A program made the position numbers and the translations under genes. From assembly GCA_964618625.1 (NCBI GenBank), contig CAZUBI010000001.1:254930-318929 (forward strand): a stretch of DNA of 64,000 nucleotides. Direction: 5' to 3'. The stretch's first letter is position 1. Each line of letters starts with the position of its first letter. Below the pieces are notes generated by a model. The model saw nothing but the letters and a program-made list of their open reading frames with translations, did not search any database and had not been told where the DNA came from. The DNA comes from an uncultured Candidatus Saccharibacteria bacterium. GTDB lineage: Bacteria > Patescibacteriota > Minisyncoccia > UBA6257. Shown here piece after piece: positions 50,426 to 58,623 of the stretch.

Positions 50426-50935
50426 ATGAAAGAAATTGAGCTTAAATTTAAAATAAAAAACTACAATAACACTAGATTAAAGATTGAAAGTACGGGTGCT
50501 GAATACAAAGGCAAATATAGACAGTTAGACCTTTGGCTTGATACTAAGAACAAAAGGCTTAAGCGTGAAAAAGAGGGATTAAGAATTAGGCAGCAGAATA
50601 ACAAGTCTGTGCTAACCTTTAAAAAAACTGAGCAATCTGATGGTAAATTTCGTGAAGCCGAGGAATTAGAAACAGAAATAAGCGACCCTAAAACCGCTCT
50701 TGAAATATTTAAAAGATTGGGGTTTGAAACGCGTGTAGAGATTAGAAAAGAAAGAGAAGTTTGGAAACTTGGCAAGGTAGAAATAAGTCTAGATGGAGTT
50801 AAAGACCTAGGTACATTTTTAGAACTGGAGGGTTCAAAGGAAAATATAGAAAAAGTTATTACAAAACTTGGGTTTAAAAGTCTATCGCGAATCATCAAAC
50901 ATTACGGAGAACTTCAGGAAGAAAAAAGAGGTTAG
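50426..50935 (+). CDS. CYTH-domain protein (class IV adenylate cyclase-like)
   Basis: EIELKF, LRIR, LTFK, E.E, K.RE, LD.V..LGTFLELE. Confidence 0.9.
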   Translation: MKEIELKFKIKNYNNTRLKIESTGAEYKGKYRQLDLWLDTKNKRLKREKEGLRIRQQNNKSVLTFKKTEQSDGKFREAEELETEISDPKTALEIFKRLGFETRVEIRKEREVWKLGKVEISLDGVKDLGTFLELEGSKENIEKVITKLGFKSLSRIIKHYGELQEEKRG

Positions 50936-50967
50936 GATTGAACTCTAGTTTCTCTTAAGCTATTCAC

Positions 50968-50991
50968 CAAAAAATCGCCTCTTTGACGATT
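50968..50991 (-). terminator. Repeat R6, the terminator of tRNA-Gln
   Basis: caaaaaatcgcctctttgacgatt, 8 nt from the tRNA 3' end. Confidence 0.85.
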
Positions 50992-50999
50992 CTAATTTG

Positions 51000-51071
51000 C
51001 TGCGGGACTTGGACTCGAACCAAGATCTTCTCCTCCAAGGGGAGACGTGACTACCATTGCACCATCCCGCA
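51000..51071 (-). tRNA. tRNA-Gln (UUG)
   Basis: TGCGGGA/TCCCGCA acceptor, TCTCC-CCTTGGA-GGAGA anticodon arm, GTTCGAGTCC T loop; no encoded CCA. Confidence 0.9.
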
Positions 51072-51746
51072 ATTTTTATAAATACCTTCAATCCATCCTT
51101 GAATCTTTCGATTCAAATTTATGCTTTTCTTCACAGAAATCCTAATTAATCCAAAATAATCTTTGCCAACATTTTTCCGATGAGTATTAATTTTGTTCTT
51201 TTTCCAAATTATTTTTTGAAAATCTTTTATAGGAAAACCTGTAGCTCTAGACCAATATTGTTGTACTTTTTTCAATTTATGCCGAGCCGTTACATGAAGA
51301 TAAATACGAACATTAATTTCTGATTTCGGTATTTTACAAATTTCATAAAGCCATTCTAAAAATATCTTTATTAAATATGGATCTGAATTTCCTAATTGAA
51401 CTAAACTTCCATTCAATTTTTCTTTACTGCCTTCCCCCCAATACAAAGCTGTACCAATCATCCATAAATCTCTTTCGCTAATATTCTTTATTTCATTTAT
51501 CGCTTCTTTTTTTATTTTCTTTGTAATAATCCTTTTTTGGTTTTTTCTTGCAAGGGCTCCGCGAAGCGCAGCTGATAATTTCTTTTTTGTTAATCTCTGT
51601 TTTTGTCTTTTACTTAACCCAACGCTTCTCAACCATAAAGACAATGTTGATTTGGCAACAGGAACTTTTTCTAATATTTCGGAATAAGAAAAGCCTCTCT
51701 TACGAAGCTTAATAGCTAATTCCTTTTCTTTATATTTTAATATCAT
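51051..51746 (-). CDS. HTH plus LAGLIDADG-like (LYWGEG) protein overlapping the tRNA-Gln 5' end
   Basis: LRKRGFSYSEI..V.VAKSTLSLWL HTH; IGTALYWGEG, NSDP..IKIF..WL, YWS; start moved to MILKYK. Confidence 0.75.
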   Translation of the reverse strand: MILKYKEKELAIKLRKRGFSYSEILEKVPVAKSTLSLWLRSVGLSKRQKQRLTKKKLSAALRGALARKNQKRIITKKIKKEAINEIKNISERDLWMIGTALYWGEGSKEKLNGSLVQLGNSDPYLIKIFLEWLYEICKIPKSEINVRIYLHVTARHKLKKVQQYWSRATGFPIKDFQKIIWKKNKINTHRKNVGKDYFGLIRISVKKSINLNRKIQGWIEGIYKNCGMVQW

Positions 51747-51771
51747 CTGAACCACTATTAGTATTACTCTA

Positions 51772-51800
51772 ATTATACTATCATGGTTCGATATTGTCAA
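51772..51800 (-). promoter_or_regulatory. Consensus sigma70 promoter for the LAGLIDADG-like gene and tRNA-Gln
   Basis: TTGACA-17 nt-TATAAT. Confidence 0.8.
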
Positions 51801-51829
51801 AATACTTTATAAAGTTGGGAAGTTAAAAG

Positions 51830-52738
51830 TTAAACTTTAAGATATTTATTCATTGCCCAGAAGCTGGATACTATTCCTAAGAATATACCAAATAGTGTTT
51901 GATATAGAAGAATATACCAAAAATGCGACCAAAAATACAGACTCATGCTTATTTCAGCAATAAAAGATTCTACTCTAGGGCTACCCCACATAACAAGAGG
52001 GATTAAGATTAAAATCGCAACAAAAGAAGCGATTATGCCCTGAAGCGCTCCTTCTAAAAGAAATGGACCGCGAATAAACCAATTAGAAGCTCCAACTAAT
52101 TTCATTATTTCAATCTCGCCTTTTAGAGAATAAATTGCCATGCGAATCGTGTTAAAACTAATAAGAAGACTCAAAAACGCTGCAATAAGGATAACTAAAA
52201 TAGAGCCTAATTTTATTCCCACTGATAAAGCGTTAATCCTTTCAATCACTCTCTGGTTTTCCATTAAATCTACTGTAATTAATTTCTCTTTAAAAACTGA
52301 ATTATTAATGTCATCAATAATTTCTGTATAATATTTTGTGTCTTTAGCTTTGATATTTAGAGAAGCGGCTAAAGGATTTTCCCCTAATTCTTCCAATGCT
52401 CTTTTTATAGTCGGATTTCTGCTACTTTTTTCTTCAAAAATTTTCAATGCTTCATCTTGGGATATATATTCAATTTTAGCAATTTTTTCACTGCCTATAA
52501 GATCATCGCGAATTCTTAAAATATCTTCTTCTGGAACATCTCTTTTAAAATAAATGCTAATATCCATCTTTTCTTTCAAAATATTAATAAGATTATTGCT
52601 AGCATCATTAAATATTAAAATTGAACTTAAAATAATCAAACTGATAGTCAGCATTACTATGCAAGTAAAAGAAAGCCAATTGTTTCTAACTAACCCTTGC
52701 CAAGCTGTGCGAAAAACTCTTTTTATTAGAATAAACAT
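51830..52738 (-). CDS. ftsX: Cell division permease FtsX
   Basis: 4 TM, ENPL.ASL, NTIRMAIY...EIEIMKLVGASNWFIRGPF. Confidence 0.93.
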   Translation of the reverse strand: MFILIKRVFRTAWQGLVRNNWLSFTCIVMLTISLIILSSILIFNDASNNLINILKEKMDISIYFKRDVPEEDILRIRDDLIGSEKIAKIEYISQDEALKIFEEKSSRNPTIKRALEELGENPLAASLNIKAKDTKYYTEIIDDINNSVFKEKLITVDLMENQRVIERINALSVGIKLGSILVILIAAFLSLLISFNTIRMAIYSLKGEIEIMKLVGASNWFIRGPFLLEGALQGIIASFVAILILIPLVMWGSPRVESFIAEISMSLYFWSHFWYILLYQTLFGIFLGIVSSFWAMNKYLKV

Positions 52739-52781
52739 GTGATTAAATTGTTAAATTGTCTCGTTGTTAAATTGTTTTTAA

Positions 52782-53465
52782 TTATATAAGATATTTTCCT
52801 TCCTCTTCATCACGAATAATTTTTCCTTTATCCAAGCTGATAACCCTTTTCTCTAAAGTATTTATTACCTCTTTATCATGAGTGGCTAAAATTATAGATG
52901 TGCCGAGTTCATTAATCTTCATTAAAAGTTTTATAATCTCCCATGTATTAATCGGATCTAAATCCCCTGTAGGCTCATCCGCTAATATTAACTCTGGTCT
53001 TTGAGCCAAAACGCGGCATATAACCACCCTTTGTTTTTCTCCAGCAGAAAGTTGATGTGAAAAATTATTCGCTTTTTCCTCTAGACCTACTAGTTTTAAT
53101 AATTCAGGAGCGTCTTTTTTTATTGCTTGCTCAGAATAACCAGCCACTTCCATGGCAAAAGTCACATTTTCATAAGCTGTTCTATTAGCTAATAATCTGA
53201 AGTCCTGAAATACCATCCCAATCTTCCGTCTAAGAAAAGTTACTTCTCTGGGTTTAAATTTATTAATATCCTTATCGTCAAAAAAAATTCTCCCTTTGGT
53301 TGGAAGCTCTTCTTTTATCAACATTTTTAAAATTGTCGTTTTTCCTACTCCTGATCTTCCTACTAAAGAAACAAATTCTCCTGATTTTACTTCAAAAGTA
53401 ATATTATCCAAAATTAAAGAACCGTTATAAGCCTTTGAAACATTTTTAAAATAAACTAATGGCAT
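52782..53465 (-). CDS. ftsE: Cell division ATPase FtsE
   Basis: GRSGVGKTT, VFQDFRLL, LSAGEKQR, ADEPTG, ATHD. Confidence 0.93.
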   Translation of the reverse strand: MPLVYFKNVSKAYNGSLILDNITFEVKSGEFVSLVGRSGVGKTTILKMLIKEELPTKGRIFFDDKDINKFKPREVTFLRRKIGMVFQDFRLLANRTAYENVTFAMEVAGYSEQAIKKDAPELLKLVGLEEKANNFSHQLSAGEKQRVVICRVLAQRPELILADEPTGDLDPINTWEIIKLLMKINELGTSIILATHDKEVINTLEKRVISLDKGKIIRDEEEGKYLI

Positions 53466-53467
53466 AA

Positions 53468-54184
53468 CTAAAAATTTAAAATTTTATCTAAATTTCCATC
53501 TAGCACCTCATTAACATTACCTATTTTTTTACCAGTGAGATGATTCTTTACTAATTTATAAGGATGAAGGACATAAGAACGAATCTGATTACCCCATTCA
53601 ATTTTTATTTTTTCGCCCTTTAATTCTTTCAAAGTTTTTACTTTCTGTTTCTCAGCTAATTGATGAAGTTTAGCCCTTAAAACAGTCAAAGCTTTTTCTT
53701 TGTTCTTAAACTGCGATCTTCCTTCCTGGCAACCAACAACTATCCCAGTAGGCTTATGGCGTACCCTTACAGCTGTTTCCACCTTTTGAACATTTTGCCC
53801 GCCTGGACCTGAAGAACGAAAAGTCTCAATTTCTAAATCGCTTTCTTCTAATGGAAGTTCTTTCGCCTCAATAATCGGCAAAACCTCCACTAAAGCAAAA
53901 GAGGTGTGGCGAAGTTTAGCAGAAGAAAAAGGAGAAATTCTTACCAAACGATGTACACCATTCTCATTTTTTAAAATTCTATAAACATCATCTCCGCCTA
54001 TCTCTGCAATAGCGTTTTTAATGCCGCCATATTCATTTTCTCTCTTGTCTAATAATGAAAATCTCCAATTTTTCCTTTCTGAATATTTCTGATACATCTT
54101 TAAAAGCATCAAAGTCCAATCTTCGGCATCTTGACCGCCAGCACCGGCATACACAGAAAGTGTTATATTATTTCCTCTAGGCAT
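53468..54184 (-). CDS. prfB: Peptide chain release factor 2, N-terminally truncated
   Basis: AGAGGQDAEDW, GVHRLVRISPF (SPF), GPGGQ, WGNQIRSYVLHPY; start MPRGN with TGGTAAAAT 7 nt upstream. Confidence 0.88.
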   Translation of the reverse strand: MPRGNNITLSVYAGAGGQDAEDWTLMLLKMYQKYSERKNWRFSLLDKRENEYGGIKNAIAEIGGDDVYRILKNENGVHRLVRISPFSSAKLRHTSFALVEVLPIIEAKELPLEESDLEIETFRSSGPGGQNVQKVETAVRVRHKPTGIVVGCQEGRSQFKNKEKALTVLRAKLHQLAEKQKVKTLKELKGEKIKIEWGNQIRSYVLHPYKLVKNHLTGKKIGNVNEVLDGNLDKILNF

Positions 54185-54243
54185 CCTGAGAATTTTACCA
54201 AATTTAGGCCTGAAAAACAACTTATAAAAATAAATTTTATTCT

Positions 54244-54882
54244 TTATTCTTTATCAGTAATTAAAGGAACAAAGGTAAATCCTTGAAAACGCTTAATATC
54301 AAATTCATTTTCCGCTTTTTTTATCCAAAGTTGTACTTCTCCATTAAGAGGAGTAACTATTCTTCCGCCTGTTTTTAATTGTTTCAGCCAATCTTTAGGA
54401 ACTTCACTTACTGCAGCTGAACAAAGAATCTTATCAAACAGAACTTCCTTTTCATAACCTTTAGAGCCGTCAGCGCAAATAAATTCTACGATGCCTTTTT
54501 TTATAAAATTGTATTTTGCTACGTTTCTTTCTCCAAATTCTTTTAATTCAGGAATTCTTTCTATAGCAATTACTTTTCCTTCGGGTTTTTGACTTACAAT
54601 ATAACCCAAAAGAGCACTTGTCCATCCAGAACCAGCGCCAATATCCAAAATCTTTTCTCCTGCTTGCGGCTGAAGAAGCTCTAATATAAATGCCACTGTA
54701 AGGGGCTGGGAAATAGTCTGTCCAAAACCAATCGGTAATGGAATATTTGAATAAGTATCATCTTTATACTTAGAAACTACAAAATTCTTTCTATCAATAG
54801 CAAAAAATGCCTCTATAATATGAGGGGATTTTAAATAACCTGAATCAATAATTTCCTGAACAAGATCTTCTTTTGATAACAT
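54244..54882 (-). CDS. pcm: Protein-L-isoaspartate O-methyltransferase
   Basis: PLPIGFGQTISQP, LDIGAGSGW, QLKTGGRIV.P, FVPL. Confidence 0.93.
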   Translation of the reverse strand: MLSKEDLVQEIIDSGYLKSPHIIEAFFAIDRKNFVVSKYKDDTYSNIPLPIGFGQTISQPLTVAFILELLQPQAGEKILDIGAGSGWTSALLGYIVSQKPEGKVIAIERIPELKEFGERNVAKYNFIKKGIVEFICADGSKGYEKEVLFDKILCSAAVSEVPKDWLKQLKTGGRIVTPLNGEVQLWIKKAENEFDIKRFQGFTFVPLITDKE

Positions 54883-54930
54883 TATTAATAGTTCTAACCA
54901 ATTATATCATAAAAAATTCTTTAAAATCAG

Positions 54931-54988
54931 AAATAAGAACCTGTTCGCTTTGCTCCAGAACCTTGTTTCCTCACTCCGTTCAGAAATA
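54931..54988. repeat. REP-like composite repeat, copy B
   Basis: aaataagaacctgttcgctttgctccagaaccttgtttcctcactccgttcagaaata. Confidence 0.7.
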
Positions 54989-55057
54989 AAAGAAGTCCTT
55001 GTTGTTAAATCAAAAGGGCTTTTCTAAATAATATATTGGTCAAAAGAATAAGGTAAT

Positions 55058-55879
55058 CTATTCACCAATTCTGTAGTCTATGTCTTTTGGAGGAACAACC
55101 CGTCCGCCTTCAATATCTCGCTTGAGATAAAAACGGGGTTTGCCTATGACATCAAAAATTGTTTCATAAGGCTCAAAAGAAATCGCTTCTTCTCCAAAGT
55201 TTAAATTATTTAAATCTCGCACCATTAATACAAGCGTAGCAACAGCTGAAATTAAAGTAACTGATAAAAGAAGGGATGGTAATACAGGAACTCTAACCAA
55301 AAATATACAAAATATAAGTGTTGCTGCTAAAGATAAAATAACTAACCACTCCATCTTACCTAACTTATCCTTACCATCCATATATAACTTTTCTCTTGCT
55401 GTCGTTATCTGATTCAAAAGAGGTAACAAATTAGCGTAAGTTTCATCCTCTTTAACCGTTTCTAATTCTTTCACCTCTGCAAGTGATTCTATGATAGCAT
55501 TAAAATAAGGATCGAGTTTACCATAATCATCCCATTCTACTTCAAAAAACTTGCAAACATATTTATCAATAAGCTCTTGCTCTTTTTTCACCCATTCTCT
55601 CTGTTTGGGAAAACCATCCAGAATCTTTACAAATAAATAGTAAGTTTGTAATCCACTTACTTCTATTGCTACATTTGCTCTTATTCTTTGAAATCGCGAA
55701 TAGAGATCTGTAATAAAAAAACCTACAAGGATACCAAAAAGAAGGCCTGTCATTCCTAAAATGGAATTAATTGTCTCGTTAACTTCTCCGCTTGTTGGGA
55801 GGAAAAAAACAAATAAGAAGGATAGCGCTATTACTATAACTATTAGATATTTGGTTTTAATTTTTCTAAGAAAACCCAT
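55058..55879 (-). CDS. Membrane protein (DUF4239/bestrophin-like)
   Basis: Two TM pairs, LFGILVGFFI, DLNN near the C-terminus. Confidence 0.55.
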   Translation of the reverse strand: MGFLRKIKTKYLIVIVIALSFLFVFFLPTSGEVNETINSILGMTGLLFGILVGFFITDLYSRFQRIRANVAIEVSGLQTYYLFVKILDGFPKQREWVKKEQELIDKYVCKFFEVEWDDYGKLDPYFNAIIESLAEVKELETVKEDETYANLLPLLNQITTAREKLYMDGKDKLGKMEWLVILSLAATLIFCIFLVRVPVLPSLLLSVTLISAVATLVLMVRDLNNLNFGEEAISFEPYETIFDVIGKPRFYLKRDIEGGRVVPPKDIDYRIGE

Positions 55880-55911
55880 AAAAAAATATATAAATTATTT
55901 TAATTATTAAT

Positions 55912-56307
55912 CTACATTGGAAGTAATCCTGTGCATCTCCAGTTTATCTCTGCCATTTTTGTTTCTACATTAATTACACAAGCAGGATTACAACCTTCTT
56001 TTTCTATATCTAAATCTATCCACCAAGTCCCAGTAACTTCATTGCATATATAAGTATCTTTCAGCTTATCACCGCATTGGCCCTGAATAGCAATTTCTTT
56101 AGCTTCTGACAAACTAAGTTTTATATCAGTGCCTTTTTTCTGGCAAAATTCCTCAGAAGAAATTGTAGTTGTCGTAGTTAATCCAATTGTCGTTGTTGTA
56201 GCAGAAGGAAGATTTATTGTTATAATCCCTTGATTTATTAAATATCCTCCAACAAACAACAATCCTAGTATTATAAAGAAAATTGAAGCTGATCCTTTTT
56301 TATTCAT
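55912..56307 (-). CDS. Exported Cys-containing hypothetical protein
   Basis: KKG.A N-terminus, TM, Thr linker, TWWIDL..GCNPACV...INWRCTGL. Confidence 0.65.
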   Translation of the reverse strand: MNKKGSASIFFIILGLLFVGGYLINQGIITINLPSATTTTIGLTTTTTISSEEFCQKKGTDIKLSLSEAKEIAIQGQCGDKLKDTYICNEVTGTWWIDLDIEKEGCNPACVINVETKMAEINWRCTGLLPM

Positions 56308-56393
56308 GTTTTTATTTTATATATTTGTTCTTATTTTACTATATTCTTAGTTAAAGCGAAAGTAAGAATTAATGAATAATGTCAGAATCTGTT

Positions 56394-57077
56394 TTAAACA
56401 TTAACTAACCTTTTGTTCTGCCAATATTCATAAAATGGTCCAATGATAAAACCAAACAAGAAATAGAAAATTAAATCTTCTAAAGGAATCCCGATGATAA
56501 TAATTCCACTTAAATATTGGGACATCCATGTTTTATGTATAAAACCGGGAAAAAGCCAAATAAAGGCATAATAAGATGGTAGCGATACAATAGCCATTAA
56601 AATCCCGCTGGCTAAAGCATTCAAAAACAGATCTCTTCTAGTATACAATATATAGATAGCTGCTGTTATCATTGCTATTGTACTAGCCCAAAATGAAGTA
56701 ATATTTAATCCCCAAAATAAAAAAGCAATTATAAAAAATAAAATCAAACAAATATTAAAGGCTCCGGTATCATTAGTCTTTTTAATGCGTTTTGATAATC
56801 TTTTTTTATATATAGCTCCATATAAAACCGCAGCTATACCACCATTACTAAATCCCAGTAGAAAATCCTCTATTCCTACTCTTGTATTAGTAATAGTTTC
56901 TGGCCTCCACCAATCAATTGTCCACCAAAGATAAGCAGTAATTACACTACCTATACCTACTAAAAAACTCATGAAGATCATTTCTTTTCTATAATCCTTA
57001 CGAAAGAAAAATAAAATCGCCCAAGGAATCAAAAAAACAATCGTTCCAACTAAATATGCATATTTAAAATTCAACAT
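56394..57077 (-). CDS. Lycopene cyclase domain-like membrane protein
   Basis: Two internal repeats ending GIEDFL and GIPLEDLIF; multi-TM. Confidence 0.65.
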   Translation of the reverse strand: MLNFKYAYLVGTIVFLIPWAILFFFRKDYRKEMIFMSFLVGIGSVITAYLWWTIDWWRPETITNTRVGIEDFLLGFSNGGIAAVLYGAIYKKRLSKRIKKTNDTGAFNICLILFFIIAFLFWGLNITSFWASTIAMITAAIYILYTRRDLFLNALASGILMAIVSLPSYYAFIWLFPGFIHKTWMSQYLSGIIIIGIPLEDLIFYFLFGFIIGPFYEYWQNKRLVNV

Positions 57078-57401
57078 AATTTTCTGTAATTATAACCTAT
57101 TTGACTTCTTTAATTCAATAGAACCGTCTCTTCCAATTTTATAAAAATTGCGAAGCTTCATGATCAGAAAATTTAAAAAGGAGTAGACTACTACTCCCTT
57201 TTCCTTTCTCTATTAATTAGGTCTCTATTAATCTGAAGCAATGTTTCCCTGATAAATTTTGTTTTTATATATAGAAAATAAAAATGTATTTTCAAGGTTC
57301 AAGCTAAACTAAGAATACTCTATTTTAGAGTATTCATATTATATAATATCTATATGGAAAAGTCAATGGTTGAGACAAGTCCACTGAAACTTTAGTGAAA
57401 G

Positions 57402-57474
57402 CAGGGGCGGCAGGGCTTGAACCTGCGACCTGCGGTTTTGGAGACCGCCGCTCTCCCAACTGAGCTACGCCCCT
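57402..57474 (-). tRNA. tRNA-Trp (CCA)
   Basis: AGGGGCGTAGCTCAG...CTCCAAA...GGTTCAAGCCCTGCCGCCCCTG. Confidence 0.95.
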
Positions 57475-57631
57475 ATTTCTTCATTTCCTTATGACTAGTG
57501 TGTTTTCTGCACCAAGAACAATATTTTTTTAATTCTAATTTACGCTCAACAGTTTTTTTGTTTCTGCGCGTATAATAATTGATATGTTTGCACTCTGTAC
57601 ACTGTAATCTTACTATAAATTCTTTTTTCAT
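57473..57631 (-). CDS. rpmG: 50S ribosomal protein L33 (Zn-binding type)
   Basis: Manual translation MKKEFIVRLQCTECKHINYYTRRNKKTVERKLELKKYCSWCRKHTSHKEMKK; not in the ORF track. Confidence 0.95.
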   Translation of the reverse strand: MKKEFIVRLQCTECKHINYYTRRNKKTVERKLELKKYCSWCRKHTSHKEMKK

Positions 57632-57683
57632 AGCTAGTATTTATCTGTTGTTAATTGATATTTGTTAGTTGTTAGTTGATCTG

Positions 57684-57755
57684 AGCCGATGGAGGGAATT
57701 GAACCCACGACCCCTTTCTTACCAAGAAAGTGCTCTACCACTGAGCTACATCGGC
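57684..57755 (-). tRNA. tRNA-Thr (GGU)
   Basis: GCCGATGTAGCTCAG...TTGGTAA...GGTTCAATTCCC. Confidence 0.95.
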
Positions 57756-57763
57756 TGGACTTG

Positions 57764-57846
57764 TGGGTGCGGTAGGACTCGAACCTACGTAGACCTAAGG
57801 TCGCGAGATTTACAGTCTCGTGCAATTGCCGCTATGCGACGCACCC
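57764..57846 (-). tRNA. tRNA-Tyr (GUA)
   Basis: GGGTGCG acceptor, CTGTAAA loop, long variable arm, GGTTCGAGTCC. Confidence 0.95.
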
Positions 57847-57910
57847 GTAAATTCTATCTCAGTCATTCATTTTGCCACCTAGGCAAATATTTATCAAGTT
57901 TTCAATACAG

Positions 57911-57983
57911 AGCCACCCATCGGACTCGAACCGACAACCTACGCATTACAAATGCGTTGCTCTACCAATTGAGCTAGAGTGGC
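57911..57983 (-). tRNA. tRNA-Thr (UGU)
   Basis: GCCACTCTAGCTCAA...TTTGTAA...GGTTCGAGTCC. Confidence 0.95.
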
Positions 57984-58603
57984 AAAGACTGATTATTGGA
58001 ATATTTTTCTATCCAATCTAAGATCTGATCAAATAATCTTTTATCAGCATATCTTATAGAAACTGTTCCGTATTTTGATTTTTTCTTATAGCTTCCTGCT
58101 TTGCCTTGATGAATATAAGAAGAATAAAATTGTTTTAAAGAAATATTGGTAATTTCTGACCATTGTTTTTTAATCTTAGTTTCATCTTGATCCTCGTATA
58201 AATGAAGCGATATTCTTAATCGATTTTCTTGAATACCACAAATATTTCGGAGAAATTTTAAAAAAACTTTAATCATCTCTGGATTACTATTAACGAAATC
58301 CACATAATTGCCACTTCTTTTTGTTCCCTCAGCCCAATAAAGCATAATTCCTGCTATCAATAGAAGCTCATCATCTTTACTTAATTTCTTTTTTATCTTA
58401 AATGGAAGTTTATAAAATTTATGAAAATAAATTAAGTTTGCTGCATTACTTCGATTTCTTCTTGGAATATCATTTTTTTCTAACCAATAACGAACTTTGT
58501 TATTAGAGATTTTAAGATCTTGCGCTATTTGAAACATTGATCTTTCTTTAATCTTGTACAAAAAGCAAATATCTTCAACTAATTTTTGATGTCTATCTAC
58601 CAT
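57974..58603 (-). CDS. HTH plus LAGLIDADG-like (LYWAEG) protein overlapping the tRNA-Thr 5' end
   Basis: SMFQIAQDLKISNNKVRYWL HTH; AGIMLYWAEG, NSNPEMIKVFLKFL, QWS, YGT. Confidence 0.75.
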   Translation of the reverse strand: MVDRHQKLVEDICFLYKIKERSMFQIAQDLKISNNKVRYWLEKNDIPRRNRSNAANLIYFHKFYKLPFKIKKKLSKDDELLLIAGIMLYWAEGTKRSGNYVDFVNSNPEMIKVFLKFLRNICGIQENRLRISLHLYEDQDETKIKKQWSEITNISLKQFYSSYIHQGKAGSYKKKSKYGTVSIRYADKRLFDQILDWIEKYSNNQSLPL

Positions 58604-58623
58604 AAGCCATAAAAGACGATTAA

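Noticed and set aside
47041-50991. Repeats R1-R6 as a CRISPR array
   Set aside because: Spacing is 605-985 bp with whole genes in between, and there are no cas genes in the window.
47041-50991. Repeats R1-R6 as classical integron attC sites
   Set aside because: No RYYYAAC/GTTRRRY ends, the hairpin is short and terminator-like, and no tyrosine integrase is present in the window.
57634-57977. ORFs 57634-57825 and 57669-57977
   Set aside because: They are translations across tRNA genes.
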